Origin: an uncultured Acidobacteriota bacterium
Lineage (GTDB): Bacteria; Acidobacteriota; Vicinamibacteria; Vicinamibacterales; 2-12-FULL-66-21
Reading direction: 5' to 3'
Length of the DNA: 64,000 bases
Assembly: GCA_963776315.1 (NCBI GenBank)
Contig: CAVZMJ010000015.1
Coordinates: 54,426 to 118,425, forward strand
Program-made: the position numbers and the translations under genes
Shown here: one piece after another, positions 42,015-52,843 of the stretch
Numbering within the stretch: the stretch's first letter is position 1
How the letters are laid out: the number at the start of each line of letters is the position of its first letter
The notes under the pieces: generated by a model
What the model was told of the DNA's origin: nothing
Database searches by the model: none
The model's input: the letters and a program-made list of their open reading frames with translations, nothing else

Positions 42015-44494
42015 ATGCGCGCGTTCTCCCAGGATCTCCGCTACGCGATTCGCGCCCTTCTCACCACCCCCGGATTCTCCATCGTCGCGGTCCTGTCGCT
42101 CGCGATTGGCATTGGCGCGAACACCGCGATCTTCAGCGTCGCGAGCGCGCTCCTGCTGCGGCCGCTGCCATACAAGAACGCGGACCGTCAGGTGATTCTC
42201 TGGAACACGTCTCCCGGCCTCGGGATCACTGAAGACTGGTTCTCGACGGCGCAGTACTTCGATATCAGGAACAGCACGCAGAGCCTCGAGGATGTGGCGA
42301 TCGCGATCGGGGCCAACTCGAATCTGACCGGAGACGGCGAACCCGAACGTGTGGGGACCATCCGCGTCTCGTCAAATCTGCTGCCGATGCTCGGCGTGCG
42401 TCCGTTCCTTGGCGATTTCTTCGGAGCAGACGATGACCGGCCGGGGAAGACGGGCAAGGCGGTGCTCGGGTTCGGCACCTGGATGCGGCGCTACGGCGGG
42501 GATCGCAACGCGATCGGCCGCTCCTTGACGCTGAACGGCCAGCCATACGAGGTCATCGGCGTGCTTCCGGCATCGTTCACGCTGCCGCGCGAAGTCATGC
42601 CGACGCTCGGCGTCGTCGACGATGCGGAAGTTGTGCTGCCGCTGCCCCTCGCTGCCAACGCGGCGGAGGTTCGCAATCGTGAGGACTACAACGTCATCGC
42701 GACGTTGAAGCCAGGAGCGACGATCGAGCGTGCGCGAGCCGAGCTCGACGCGCTGACGGCACGGCTGCGACGCGAGCACCCCGACTTCTATCCGCCGAAC
42801 GGCGGGCTCACGTTCCGCGTGCTGCCGCTGCAGGAACAGGCGGTCGGGCGCGTGCGTCTGGCGCTTCTGGTGCTCGTCGCCTCGGTGGCGTTCGTCCTGC
42901 TCATCGCGTGTGCGAACGTCGCCAATCTTCTCTTGTCCCGCGCGCTGGCGCGACAGAGGGAAGTCGCCGTACGGGCGGCGCTCGGCGCCAGCCGCTGGCG
43001 CATCGTGCGTCAACTGCTGACGGAGAGCCTCGTGCTCGCGGTCGCCGGTGGTGTTGTCGGTCTACTCTTGTCGTACATCTGCCTCCAAGGCATCCGGACG
43101 CTCGGCGAGGCCAGCGTGCCACGGCTCCATGAGATCACCATCAACTGGCGCGTCATGCTGTTCGCCCTGACGATCTCGATGGTCGCCGGGGTGATCTTCG
43201 GGCTTGCTCCCGCGCTCCGCCTGTCGAGTCTCGATCTTCATGGCCACCTCAAGGACGCCAGCCGCGGATCGGCCGGCACGAGCGCTGTGTGGGGCCGCGG
43301 CCAGAACCTGCGCCGCCTGCTCGTCGTCGCCGAGCTGGCGCTGTCGGTGATGCTCCTGATTGGTGCAGGGCTCCTGATACGGAGCTTCTCGCAGCTGCAG
43401 CACGTCACTCCCGGATTCAATCCCGCCAACGTTCTCACGCTAGAGCTGACGATGACGGGCCGCAAGTACAACGATGCCGACGCGGTGCTCCAGACCTACA
43501 AGCAACTCTGGGAGCGCCTGTCGGCCCTGCCCGGAGTGACGGCCGCCGGTGGAGTCACGGCGCTGCCTCTCAGCCAGATGATGGCGTGGGGGCCGATCAC
43601 GGTCGAAGGACGCACGGCGCCGGAAGGGGAGAAGTTCATCAACGCCGACATCCGCACGGTCGGCGGCGACTACTTCCGCGCGATGGACATTCCGCTCGTG
43701 AAGGGACGGGTCTTCTCGCCCGAGCTCGACACGCGCTCGTCCCCCCGCGTCGTCGTCATCGACGAGCGCATGGCCAATCAGTTCTGGCCCGGGGAGGATC
43801 CGATCGGCAGGCGCATCCGCACCGGCGGCTTCGATGTGACGCCCGATACGCCGTGGATGACGATCGTCGGCGTCGTCGGCGGCGTGAAGCAGGACGCGCT
43901 CGACGCGGACTCGCGCATCGCGTACTACCGCTTCCAGGGCCAGACCGCCGTCGCGCGCGATGAACGTCGTCGTGCGAAGCCGTACCGATCCGTCAAGTCT
44001 TGCCGCCGCCGTCACCGGTCAGATTCGCGCGCTCGATCCCGATCTCCCGATCTACAAGATGCGGACGATGGGGGAGCGTGTCGAGGCGTCACTGTCGGAA
44101 CGACGGTTCTCGATGCTGCTGCTGACGCTTTTCGCCGCGCCTCGCGCTCGGCCTGGCCGCGATCGGGATCTACGGCGTGATGGCGTATCTCGTCAGCCAG
44201 GGCACGCGCGAGCTGGGGATTCGTCTGGCGCTCGGCGCCGCGCCCCGCGATCTGCTGCTGCTTGTCGTGCGGCAGGGGATGTCGGTCGCCGCGACGGGCA
44301 TGGTGCTGGGCCTGGCGGGCGCGTTCGCGCTGACCCGCTTCATGCGCGCGCTGCTCTTCGGCGTGCAGGCCAGCGATCCACTGACGTTTCTTGCCATCTC
44401 CGCGACGTTGACGCTCGTAGCGTTCGTCGCTTGTTACGTGCCGGCTCGCCGCGCGGCGCGAATCGATCCGATTGTGTCGCTGAGGACGGAGTAG
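42015..44494 (+). CDS. ADOP-type permease 5 of array, frameshifts at ~43950 and ~44138
   Basis: [44 protein letters not shown]. Confidence 0.88.
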
Positions 44495-44542
44495 GGTCAG
44501 TCGACAGTCGCAGAGCTGATGCGAACGAGCCAACGGGTCGGT

Positions 44543-44625
44543 CACGATGAACACGATGGCACGATGGTCACGATGAACCAGGAAACGAAAACCATCGTGG
44601 TCTTCGTGTCATCGTGGCCATCGTG
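44543..44625. repeat. Inverted 9-mer array hairpin (CACGATGAA x4 / CCATCGTG x4)
   Basis: Seen directly. Confidence 0.85.
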
Positions 44626-44702
44626 GCGAAGCCGTCAGCCCGTGACTAGCTTCACTGCGTTGATCGCGGTTCGTTGAGAGTTCCAGCAGGAGGACGATCG
44701 AG

Positions 44703-46654
44703 ATGAAGAAGTCCATGCGCCTCGTCGTGTGTGCCACCGTCGCCGCGTTTGCCGGCGCCACGGCAATCGGTCTGGCCCAGCGCGGGGCGGGGCTGGCGCC
44801 GGACGCGGCGGCACGGCGCTGGGAGATCGAGAAGGAACTGCAGTCGATTGCCGTCGTCGAGCGCAAGGTGATGATGCCGATGCGCGACGGCGTGCGGCTG
44901 GCCACCGACATTTATCGTCCGAAGGACGCGCGCGCCAAGGTTCCCATCATCTGGGTGCGCACGCCGTACAACTTCAACTACTGGGACGTCAGGAACGGCG
45001 TGCCGAGCGACATGACGGCGGCGCTGACTGCGGTCAAGCGGGGCTATGCCTACGTCGTGCAGAACGAGCGCGGCCACTTCTTCTCCGAGGGCAACTACGA
45101 CATCCTCGGCTCGCCGACCGATGGGTACGATGCGCTGGCCTGGCTGTCGCAGCAGCCGTGGTCCAACGGGAAGGTGGGGACGACGGGATGTTCGTCGACG
45201 GCTGAATATCAGATGGGCGTGGCGGCGCTGGGCCATCCGGCGTACGCAGCGATGAACGTGCAGGGCTTTGGCGCCGGCGTGGGACGCGTCGCTCCGTACT
45301 TCGAGCAGGGCAACTGGTACCGCGGTGGGGCCGTGCAGATGCTGTTCATCACCTGGATCTACGGCGAGCAGAATCAGGTCCGGCCGATGTTTCCACGCGA
45401 CACGCCGCAGGACGATCTCGTTCGCGCCTCCAAGTCGTTCGATCTGGCCCAGCAACTGCCGCCGGTAGACTGGTCCAAGGCGCTCTGGCACCTGCCCGTG
45501 CAGGACATTCTCAAGGCCGTCGACGCTCCGCGCGGGATCTTCGCGGACGCGATGCCCGTGGACACCGGTGGGCAGATGATCCAGCGCGCGCCGAACGATC
45601 CGGCGTGGTACAAAGGCGGGCTCTATCACGACAGCATGCCGCTGAATGTCCCGGGGCTCTGGTTCATGTCGTGGTACGACGTGTCGGTCGGGCCCAACCT
45701 GGCGCTCTTCAACCACGTGCGCAAGACGGCGAAGCCCGACGTGGCCGACCAGCAATGGGCGGTCATCGCTCCGGTCGCGCACTGCGCCTATACGCGCGCG
45801 ACGGAGAACACCGTCGTGGGCGAGCGCAGTATGGGCGATGCGCGCCTCGACTACGCCGAGCTCACGTACGGGTTCTTCGATCGCCTGCTCAAGGGGGAGA
45901 AGAGCCCGAAGCTGGACGCCCAGCCCAGGGTCAGTACTTCACGATGGGCTCGAACAAGTGGCAGTCTTCGGATACCTGGCCGCCGAAGGGCGCCCAGCCG
46001 ATGACCTTCTACCTCGCGAGCGGCGGCAAGGCGAACACGCTCGAGGGAGACGGCGTCCTGGCATCGGCGCCGCCGGCAGACAACAAACCGGACTCGTTCA
46101 CCTACGATCCGATGAACCCGGTCCCGTCGTACGGCGGCAACGTCTGCTGCACGGGGACGGCGATCAGCGCCGGATCCTTCGATCAGCGCAAGATGGAGGC
46201 GCGGCCGGACATCCTCGTCTACACGTCCGAACCCTTCAAGGAAGGCGTCGAGCTCAGCGGTCCGATCGAGCCGACGCTCTACGTGTCGTCGGACGCGAAG
46301 GACACCGACGTCACCGTCAAGGTCATCGACGTCTATCCCGATGGCCGCGCCTACAACCTGGACGAGTCGATCCAGCGCCTGCGATATCGCGATGGATACG
46401 ACAAGCCTCTCGTCTGGATGGAACCCGGCAAGGTCGTCAAGGTCACGCTGCAGCCGCTGACGACGAGCAACTATTTTGCGCCCGGCCACAGCCTCCGCAT
46501 CGAAGTGTCGAGCAGCAATTTCCCCCGCTTCGATCGCAACCTCAATACCGGCGGCAACAACTACGACGAAGTGAAGGGCGTCGTCGCGCACAACGTCATC
46601 CACCATTCGAAGCAGTATCCGTCGAAGGTGACGGTCACGGTCGTGAAACGATGA
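44703..46654 (+). CDS. CocE/NonD family hydrolase (secreted), frameshift at ~45930
   Basis: [52 protein letters not shown]. Confidence 0.9.
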
Positions 46655-48024
46655 GCGATCGGGTTGTTTCGCAGTCCGGTTGCAGCGTGCCTTCTGGTCG
46701 CGTTCGCGGCCATGCCGCACGACGCGGCCGCGCAAGCACGGCCGAACATCGTGCTCATCGTCGCCGACGATCTCGGTTACGGCGACCTGAGCAGCTACGG
46801 CGCGCCGGACATCAGGACGCCGAGTCTCGATCGGCTCGCGCGCGAGGGAGTCCGGCTGACCGAGTTCTATGCGAACGCGCCCGTGTGCACGCCGACGCGG
46901 GCGGCCTGATGTCGGGCCGATACCAGCAGCGCGTGCCGCTCGAACGTCCGCTCGACACCAACGCGGCGACTCCTGGCACCGGACTCGACATCGGCCTCCC
47001 GGCGACCGGCCGCTCGTTGCCGCAGCTGTTGAAGAACGCGGGCTACGCCACAGGGCTGATCGGTAAGTGGCACCTGGGCTTCAAGCCGCAGTTCCATCCG
47101 AATCGCCACGGCTTCGATTACTTCTGGGGCTATCTGGCCGGTTACGTCGATTGGTACGCGCACGTGCGCGGCGACGGTCAAGCGGACCTGTGGGAGAACG
47201 CCACAGCCGTTCGATACGACGGCTATCTCGATCACGAGCTGACGAATCGTGCTGTGGCCTTCATGTCCGAACACGCCAGCGGTCCGTTCTTTCTCGAGGT
47301 CGCGTACGGCGCGCCGCACTGGCCGTTTCAGTCTCCGCACCACCCCTCGACGGCTGTTCTGAAGAACGGCTCGATGCTCCAGCAGCCAGCGGACGCCGAT
47401 CCGCCGAGCCGCAAGGACTACGTAGAGATCGTCGAAGACCTGGATGCGAGCGTCGGGAAGATCCTCGAAGCGCTCTCGGCGCGTGGCCTCGCTGAGAAGA
47501 CGCTCGTCGTGTTCGTGAGCGACAACGGCGGCGAGTGGCTCTCGCGCAACGCACCCTTCTTTCACCGGAAGGACACGGTGTGGGAGGGCGGCATTCGCGT
47601 GCCGGCTATCTTCCGCTGGCCGGCCGCGTTGCCGGCCGGCCGGACACTGTCGCAGGTGGGCATCACGATGGATCTCTCGGCGACGTTCGTCACCCTCGCG
47701 GGCGGTTCGGCCACGGCGAACCGGCTCGAGGGCATCGATCTCCTGCCGATGCTCCGCGGGACGGCGCCGTCTACCGAGCGGACGCTCTTCTGGCGCGTCG
47801 GCGCGGCGCCGGGTCAGCCGCGCGCCGTGCGGAGCGGCGACTGGAAGCTGATACTCGACGGATCGAAGCAGCTGCTGTTCGACGTCAGCCGCGATCCGGG
47901 AGAACGCGAGGATCTCGCGGCGCAGCATCCGGATCGTGTGCGGGCACTGAAGGGGATGATCGAAACCTGGGAGAAGGACGTCGACTCTGAAGCGGCGGCG
48001 GCGTCAGGCCGGGTGCCACGTTGA
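46651..48024 (+). CDS. Cys-type sulfatase (secreted), indels at ~46662 and ~46905
   Basis: [21 protein letters not shown] FGly motif, GKWHLG, SDNGG, EGGIRVP. Confidence 0.9.
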   Translation: MSDRVVSQSGCSVPSGRVRGHAARRGRASTAEHRAHRRRRSRLRRPEQLRRAGHQDAESRSARARGSPADRVLCERARVHADAGGLMSGRYQQRVPLERPLDTNAATPGTGLDIGLPATGRSLPQLLKNAGYATGLIGKWHLGFKPQFHPNRHGFDYFWGYLAGYVDWYAHVRGDGQADLWENATAVRYDGYLDHELTNRAVAFMSEHASGPFFLEVAYGAPHWPFQSPHHPSTAVLKNGSMLQQPADADPPSRKDYVEIVEDLDASVGKILEALSARGLAEKTLVVFVSDNGGEWLSRNAPFFHRKDTVWEGGIRVPAIFRWPAALPAGRTLSQVGITMDLSATFVTLAGGSATANRLEGIDLLPMLRGTAPSTERTLFWRVGAAPGQPRAVRSGDWKLILDGSKQLLFDVSRDPGEREDLAAQHPDRVRALKGMIETWEKDVDSEAAAASGRVPR

Positions 48025-49655
48025 CCGCGCCAGCGCCCGGACTTCGCTGGTGGCCCGCGGCGCTGATTGCGCTCGCGAGCGCTTCCGCGCTCGCCTGGGT
48101 CTGGTTGCCAGACGGCGGCGACCGACAGGAACGGGTCCTGTCCACCTTCCCGATCGTGTTCGCGACGCTGCTGCTCCTCGCGACCTGGCTGATCTTTTTC
48201 TCACGATTGTCACGAAACCACCGTCGCTGGGCGACTGGCGCTGTTCTATTGACGGTCGTCCTCTCCGCGGCGACGACTCGAATCCGCGGCGTCACCGGCG
48301 ATCTCGTCCCGATCGTCGAGTGGCGCTGGGCGTCGCGCGTGGCGCCCGCGCTCCCGCCGGTGCCGACGCCTGACGCGCCCGCGGCGGCCGTCGCCCCATC
48401 CGTGGCCGTGCCGTCGAGCACGCCCACTCCGGCGAGCGAACCACTTTCCCCAGTCCCCTCCGCGGTTCCTGTTCCCGCGGACGCGTCGATCTCCGCTGGC
48501 GAGTATCCGCAATTCCTCGGCGCGCAACGCGACGGTTCGGTCACCGGCGTTCGTCTGGCCGACGACTGGGCGGCCCGGCCTCCACGCCTCGTCTGGCGGC
48601 ATCGCATCGGGGCGGGATGGTCCGGATTCGCGGTGGCTCGAGGCCTTGCGGTCACGCAAGAGCAGCGCGGCGCTCGAGAGATGGTGGTCGCGTACAACCT
48701 CGCCGACGGCACCCCGAAGTGGTCGCACGGAGATGAGGCGCACTACGAGTCCACGATTGCCGGCGAAGGCCCTCGAGCAACGCCGACGATCTCAGACGGG
48801 CGAGTCTTCACGCTCGGGTCGACCGGACTACTCAACTGCCTCGATCTGGAGACTGGCAAAGCGATCTGGCGACGGGACATTGCCGCTGACAATAAGTCGC
48901 CCCAGCCCGACTGGGGCCGGAGCAGCTCGCCCCTCGTCGTCGACGATCTCATCGTCATCAGCGCTGGTGGGGCGACCGGGCGATCGCTCGTCGCCTATCG
49001 CCGCGATACGGGAGAGCCAGCCTGGCACGCCGGCGACGACAGTGCCAGCTACAGCTCGCCGGTGCTGGCAACGCTCGCCGGCGTGCGGCAGATTGTCGTG
49101 CTCAACCAGGCGAGCGTCGCCGGACACGATCCGGCGACAGGCCGCGTGCTCTGGAATCATCCCTGGCCGCGATCGGCTCCGACCGTCGCGATACCGCTCG
49201 TCCTCCCGGAGAGTCGCGTCCTCCTCTCCGCCGGGTACGGCGTCGGCAGCCGGCTGCTGCAGATCTCGCAGGATGGTGACGCTCTCAAGGAGAGCCTCGT
49301 CTGGGAGAGCACGCGCCTCAAGGCCAAGTTCACCAATCCGGTTCACTCCGACGGTTTTGTCTATGGCCTCGACGATGGAGTCCTCGTGTGTTTGGACCCG
49401 TCAAGCGGCGAACGCCGGTGGAAGGGTGGCCGATACGGCCACGGCCAGACGGTCCTCGTCGGCAATCGTCTGCTCGTGCAGACGGAAGACGGCGACATCG
49501 TGCTCGTCGACGCGAGTCCTGACGCGCATCGAGAGCTCGCGCGATTCACGGCCTTCTCGCAGAAGACATGGAATCCGCCCGCGCTCGCCGGTCGCTTTCT
49601 GGTCATCCGTACTGATACAGAGGCGGCGTGTTACGAGTTGGCGGGGGAGTCGTGA
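48021..49655 (+). CDS. Membrane-anchored PQQ-like beta-propeller protein
   Basis: 3 N-terminal TM segments, Pro/Ala linker, YPQFLG..RDG, GPRATP, SSSPLV, TWNPPALAG. Confidence 0.88.
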   Translation: MTAPAPGLRWWPAALIALASASALAWVWLPDGGDRQERVLSTFPIVFATLLLLATWLIFFSRLSRNHRRWATGAVLLTVVLSAATTRIRGVTGDLVPIVEWRWASRVAPALPPVPTPDAPAAAVAPSVAVPSSTPTPASEPLSPVPSAVPVPADASISAGEYPQFLGAQRDGSVTGVRLADDWAARPPRLVWRHRIGAGWSGFAVARGLAVTQEQRGAREMVVAYNLADGTPKWSHGDEAHYESTIAGEGPRATPTISDGRVFTLGSTGLLNCLDLETGKAIWRRDIAADNKSPQPDWGRSSSPLVVDDLIVISAGGATGRSLVAYRRDTGEPAWHAGDDSASYSSPVLATLAGVRQIVVLNQASVAGHDPATGRVLWNHPWPRSAPTVAIPLVLPESRVLLSAGYGVGSRLLQISQDGDALKESLVWESTRLKAKFTNPVHSDGFVYGLDDGVLVCLDPSSGERRWKGGRYGHGQTVLVGNRLLVQTEDGDIVLVDASPDAHRELARFTAFSQKTWNPPALAGRFLVIRTDTEAACYELAGES

Positions 49656-49693
49656 CGTGCGGCTCGATGTTGGTGGGCTCGCCGCCCGCCGAT

Positions 49694-49803
49694 CCGGCTC
49701 AGGGCTCAAGGCTCAGGGCTCAAGGAAGATCTTTCAGATCCCAATCGCCGGCTGAGAGCTCAAGGCTCTTGCCTGAGCCGGCGCGGCCCTGAGCCATGAG
49801 CCT
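49694..49803. repeat. Inverted heptamer-array hairpin (GGCTCAR / CTGAGCC), expanded core in reverse orientation
   Basis: Reverse complement of core begins GCAAGAGCCTTGAG. Confidence 0.8.
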
Positions 49804-49850
49804 GGCCCCCCGGTAAGCATTCAGCTGGGCCAGCCGGTATAGGTACAGGC

Positions 49851-51185
49851 ATGCCCGATACGTCGCAGGTCGCCGACCTCGAGCAGACCGAGGTCGGCAG
49901 CTATTTTGTCGCGAATTACCCGCCATTTTCGGTCTGGACGCCCGGTGCCGTCGCCACGGATGCGAAGGCCGCGCTTGCTTCGCCGGCCCGGCCCGAGATA
50001 CCGCTGGGGGTGTACCTGCACATCCCTTTTTGCCGTAAGCGCTGTCATTTCTGCTATTTCCGGGTGTACACCGACAAGAACGCGAAGGAGGTCGAGCAGT
50101 ACCTCGACCTGCTGGGGCGCGAGTGGGAGCTCTACGCGGGTCAGCCTGCGCTGGCTGGGCGGCCGTTCAATTTCGTGTACTTCGGTGGCGGGACCCCCTC
50201 GTTTCTGTCGACGCGGCAGCTGGAGACGCTCGTCAAACGGGTCACTGCGAGCCGGTCGTGGGAGACCGCCGAAGAGATCACATTCGAGTGCGAGCCCGGC
50301 ACGATTACTCGTCCCAAGCTGGCGGCGATCCGCGGCATCGGCGTCACGCGGCTCAGCCTCGGCGTCGAGAATTTCAGCGATCGCATCCTCGAGCTGAACG
50401 GCCGCGCGCACCGTTCGCCGGAGATTACGCGGGTCTACAAAGAGTCCCGTGATCTGGGCTTCCCTCAAATCAACATCGATCTCATCGCGGGCATGCTCGG
50501 CGAGACCGATGAGAACTGGGCGGACTGCATCAGGCGCACGGTCGATCTTGCCCCCGACAGCGTGACCATCTACCAGATGGAGCTGCCCTACAACACGACA
50601 ATCAGCCGGGACCTGCTGAAGCACGGCGGCCAGTTCGACGAGCCCGTGGCGCAGTGGTCCGTGAAACGGCGCTGGGTGGCCGAGGCGTTCGAGGCGCTCG
50701 AGCGTGCCGGCTACACCATCGGCAGCGCCTACACGGCGGTGAAAGATCCGGCGAAGACGCGGTTTCTCTACCGCGACCGTCTGTGGCAGGGCGCCGACAT
50801 GGTCGGGCTCGGCGTGGCGTCGTTCGGCCACATCAATGGTGTGCACGTGCAGAACGTCGATACGTGGGAAGCCTATAGCGCGGCGATCGCCAGGGGCGAG
50901 ATTCCCCTCGGCCGCGCCTATCGCCCCACGGCCGAGGAGCGGATGATCCGCGAGTTCGTGCTGCAGCTCAAGCGCGGATCCGTGCGTCCGGCGTATTTCG
51001 CCGGCAAGTATGGCGTCGACGTGCGCGAGCGTTTCCGCGACCAGTTGACGTCGCTCGAGAAAGCCGGCTTGCTGGCACGTGCCGGCGACGACGCAATCGC
51101 GATCACGCGTGAGGCGCTGCTGCGCGTCGACACGCTCCTGCCGCGGTTCTTCCTCCCGCAGCACGCGGGGATCCGATATACGTAG
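49851..51185 (+). CDS. HemN-like (class C) radical SAM enzyme
   Basis: YLHIPFCRKRCHFC (CX3CX2C), YFGGGTPS, RLSLGVE, NIDLIAG. Confidence 0.9.
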   Translation: MPDTSQVADLEQTEVGSYFVANYPPFSVWTPGAVATDAKAALASPARPEIPLGVYLHIPFCRKRCHFCYFRVYTDKNAKEVEQYLDLLGREWELYAGQPALAGRPFNFVYFGGGTPSFLSTRQLETLVKRVTASRSWETAEEITFECEPGTITRPKLAAIRGIGVTRLSLGVENFSDRILELNGRAHRSPEITRVYKESRDLGFPQINIDLIAGMLGETDENWADCIRRTVDLAPDSVTIYQMELPYNTTISRDLLKHGGQFDEPVAQWSVKRRWVAEAFEALERAGYTIGSAYTAVKDPAKTRFLYRDRLWQGADMVGLGVASFGHINGVHVQNVDTWEAYSAAIARGEIPLGRAYRPTAEERMIREFVLQLKRGSVRPAYFAGKYGVDVRERFRDQLTSLEKAGLLARAGDDAIAITREALLRVDTLLPRFFLPQHAGIRYT

Positions 51186-51278
51186 GGCTCAAGGCTCAAG
51201 GCTCAGGGCTCAGGGCTCAGGCAAAACCTTCGAGCGCACATTCGACGCTCTTGCCTGAGCCCTGAGTCGCTGAGCCCG
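51186..51278. repeat. Inverted heptamer-array hairpin (GGCTCAR x5 / CTGAGCC x3) with family core
   Basis: Core reverse complement GCAAGAGCGTCGAATGTGCGCTCGAAGGTTTTGC. Confidence 0.9.
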
Positions 51279-51291
51279 ACTATCAGCGTCT

Positions 51292-52614
51292 ATGTCCATG
51301 TCCATGTCTTCATCCAACTACGATGTCGTTGTCATTGGTGGCGGTCCGGCCGGGTCGACCACGTCGACACTGCTGGCCCAGCACGGCTTGAAGGTGGGGT
51401 TGTTCGAGCGGGAGACGTTTCCCCGGTTCCACATCGGCGAGTCGCTCATCCCGGAGACGTACTGGGTTCTCAAGCGGCTGAACATGCTGCCGAAGATGCA
51501 GCGCAGCCACTTCGTCAAGAAGCACAGCGTGCAGTTCGTCAACGCGAACGGGAAGTTGTCGGCGCCGTTCTACTTCTGGGACAACAAGCCGCACGAGTGC
51601 TCGCAGACCTGGCAGGTGGTGCGCAGCGAGTTCGACCAGATGATGCTCGACAACGCGCGCGAGCACGGCGTCGAGGCCTTCGACGGCGTCCACGTGGTCG
51701 ACGTCCTGTTCGAAGGCGATCGAGCGTGCGGAGTGCGCATTGCCGATAGGAACGGCCGGCGCGACGTTCGGGCACCGGTCGTAGTCGATGCGAGCGGGCA
51801 GGCGGCGCTGCTGCAGAACCGGTTCAAGCTGCGGCTGTGGGATCCGATGCTGAACAAGGGCGCCATCTGGACCTACTGGCAGGGGGCCTATCGAGACACC
51901 GGCCGCGACGAGGGCGCCACGATGGTGCTCCAGACCGTCACGAAGAACGGCTGGTTCTGGTACATCCCGCTGCACGACGATATCCTCAGCGTCGGCGTGG
52001 TGGCGCCGTTCGACTACCTGTTCAAGGGGCGCAACGGGCACGAGCAGACCTATCACGAAGAAGTCGAGCGCTGCCCGGTCGTCAAGGACCGCGTCTCGAA
52101 GGCGACGCGCGTCACCGGCCATTTCGCCACACGTGACTACTCGTACCGTGCGAAGGAAGTGGCGGGCCACGGATGGGTCCTCGTCGGCGACGCCTTCGGC
52201 TTTCTCGATCCGCTCTATTCATCGGGCGTGCTGCTGGCGCTGCGATCGGGCGAGATGGCGGCCGACGCGATTGCCGAAGGATTGAAGGTGGGCGACGTGA
52301 GCGGCGCCCAGCTCGGGAAGTGGGGCGCGGGCTTCAACGAGGGCGTGGATCGCATGCGCCGGCTCGTGTGCGAGTACTACAACGGCTTCAGCTTCGGTGG
52401 GTTCGTGCGGCAGTATCCCGAGCTACGCGGCACGGTGACCGACCTCCTCATCGGCGACTTGTTCACGAACCGCGTCGACAAAGTGTGGGGACCGATGGAA
52501 TCGCTGTACGGTCCGGAACACAAGACCATTCCACCCTGGCACGCCGGGACGACGCCGGAAGAGGCCGGGAACAAAGCCAACGAACTCGTGCTCCCCGACG
52601 GCCGACGGCCGTAG
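51292..52614 (+). CDS. Flavin-dependent halogenase-family oxidoreductase
   Basis: GGGPAG, FPRFHIGESL, FVKK (candidate catalytic Lys), WFWYIP (WxWxIP), GDAFGFLDPLYSSG. Confidence 0.85.
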   Translation: MSMSMSSSNYDVVVIGGGPAGSTTSTLLAQHGLKVGLFERETFPRFHIGESLIPETYWVLKRLNMLPKMQRSHFVKKHSVQFVNANGKLSAPFYFWDNKPHECSQTWQVVRSEFDQMMLDNAREHGVEAFDGVHVVDVLFEGDRACGVRIADRNGRRDVRAPVVVDASGQAALLQNRFKLRLWDPMLNKGAIWTYWQGAYRDTGRDEGATMVLQTVTKNGWFWYIPLHDDILSVGVVAPFDYLFKGRNGHEQTYHEEVERCPVVKDRVSKATRVTGHFATRDYSYRAKEVAGHGWVLVGDAFGFLDPLYSSGVLLALRSGEMAADAIAEGLKVGDVSGAQLGKWGAGFNEGVDRMRRLVCEYYNGFSFGGFVRQYPELRGTVTDLLIGDLFTNRVDKVWGPMESLYGPEHKTIPPWHAGTTPEEAGNKANELVLPDGRRP

Positions 52615-52619
52615 GGCAG

Positions 52620-52829
52620 GGCTCTCGGCTTTAGGCTGCTCTAGACTCTCGGCTCTAGCAGAGCGTTGATTACTTGGTCCGAGGTTTTGGCTAGAGCCCA
52701 GAGCGAGAAGCCAAGAGGCCCAAAGAGTGGGCTCAAGGCTCAGGGCTCAGGCAAAAAACTTTTGACCACATACTCGAAGATCTACTGCCTGAGCCCTGAG
52801 CCCTGAGCCGGCGAGCGGCGAGCCGGCGG
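52620..52829. repeat. Two back-to-back inverted heptamer hairpins (GGCTCTM type, then GGCTCAG type), cores in opposite orientation
   Basis: Cores GCAGAGCGTTGATTACTTGGTCCGAGGTTTTGG and (reverse complement) GCAGTAGATCTTCGAGTATGTGGTCAAAAGTTTTTTGC. Confidence 0.85.
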
Positions 52830-52843
52830 ACTGCTGTGAGACC

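Noticed and set aside
31928-44494. Integron cassette array or DGR-diversified locus
   Set aside because: No repeated attC-like sites between genes, no integrase or reverse transcriptase, no TR/VR pair seen
15197-48024. Programmed frameshifting or mass pseudogenisation of permeases, patatin, antiporter, CocE and sulfatase
   Set aside because: Indels are scattered single bases without slippery motifs and without accompanying nonsense decay; best explained as long-read errors
49851-51185. Naming the radical SAM gene hemN or hemW
   Set aside because: Family motifs only; context and the divergent N-terminus do not support a heme role
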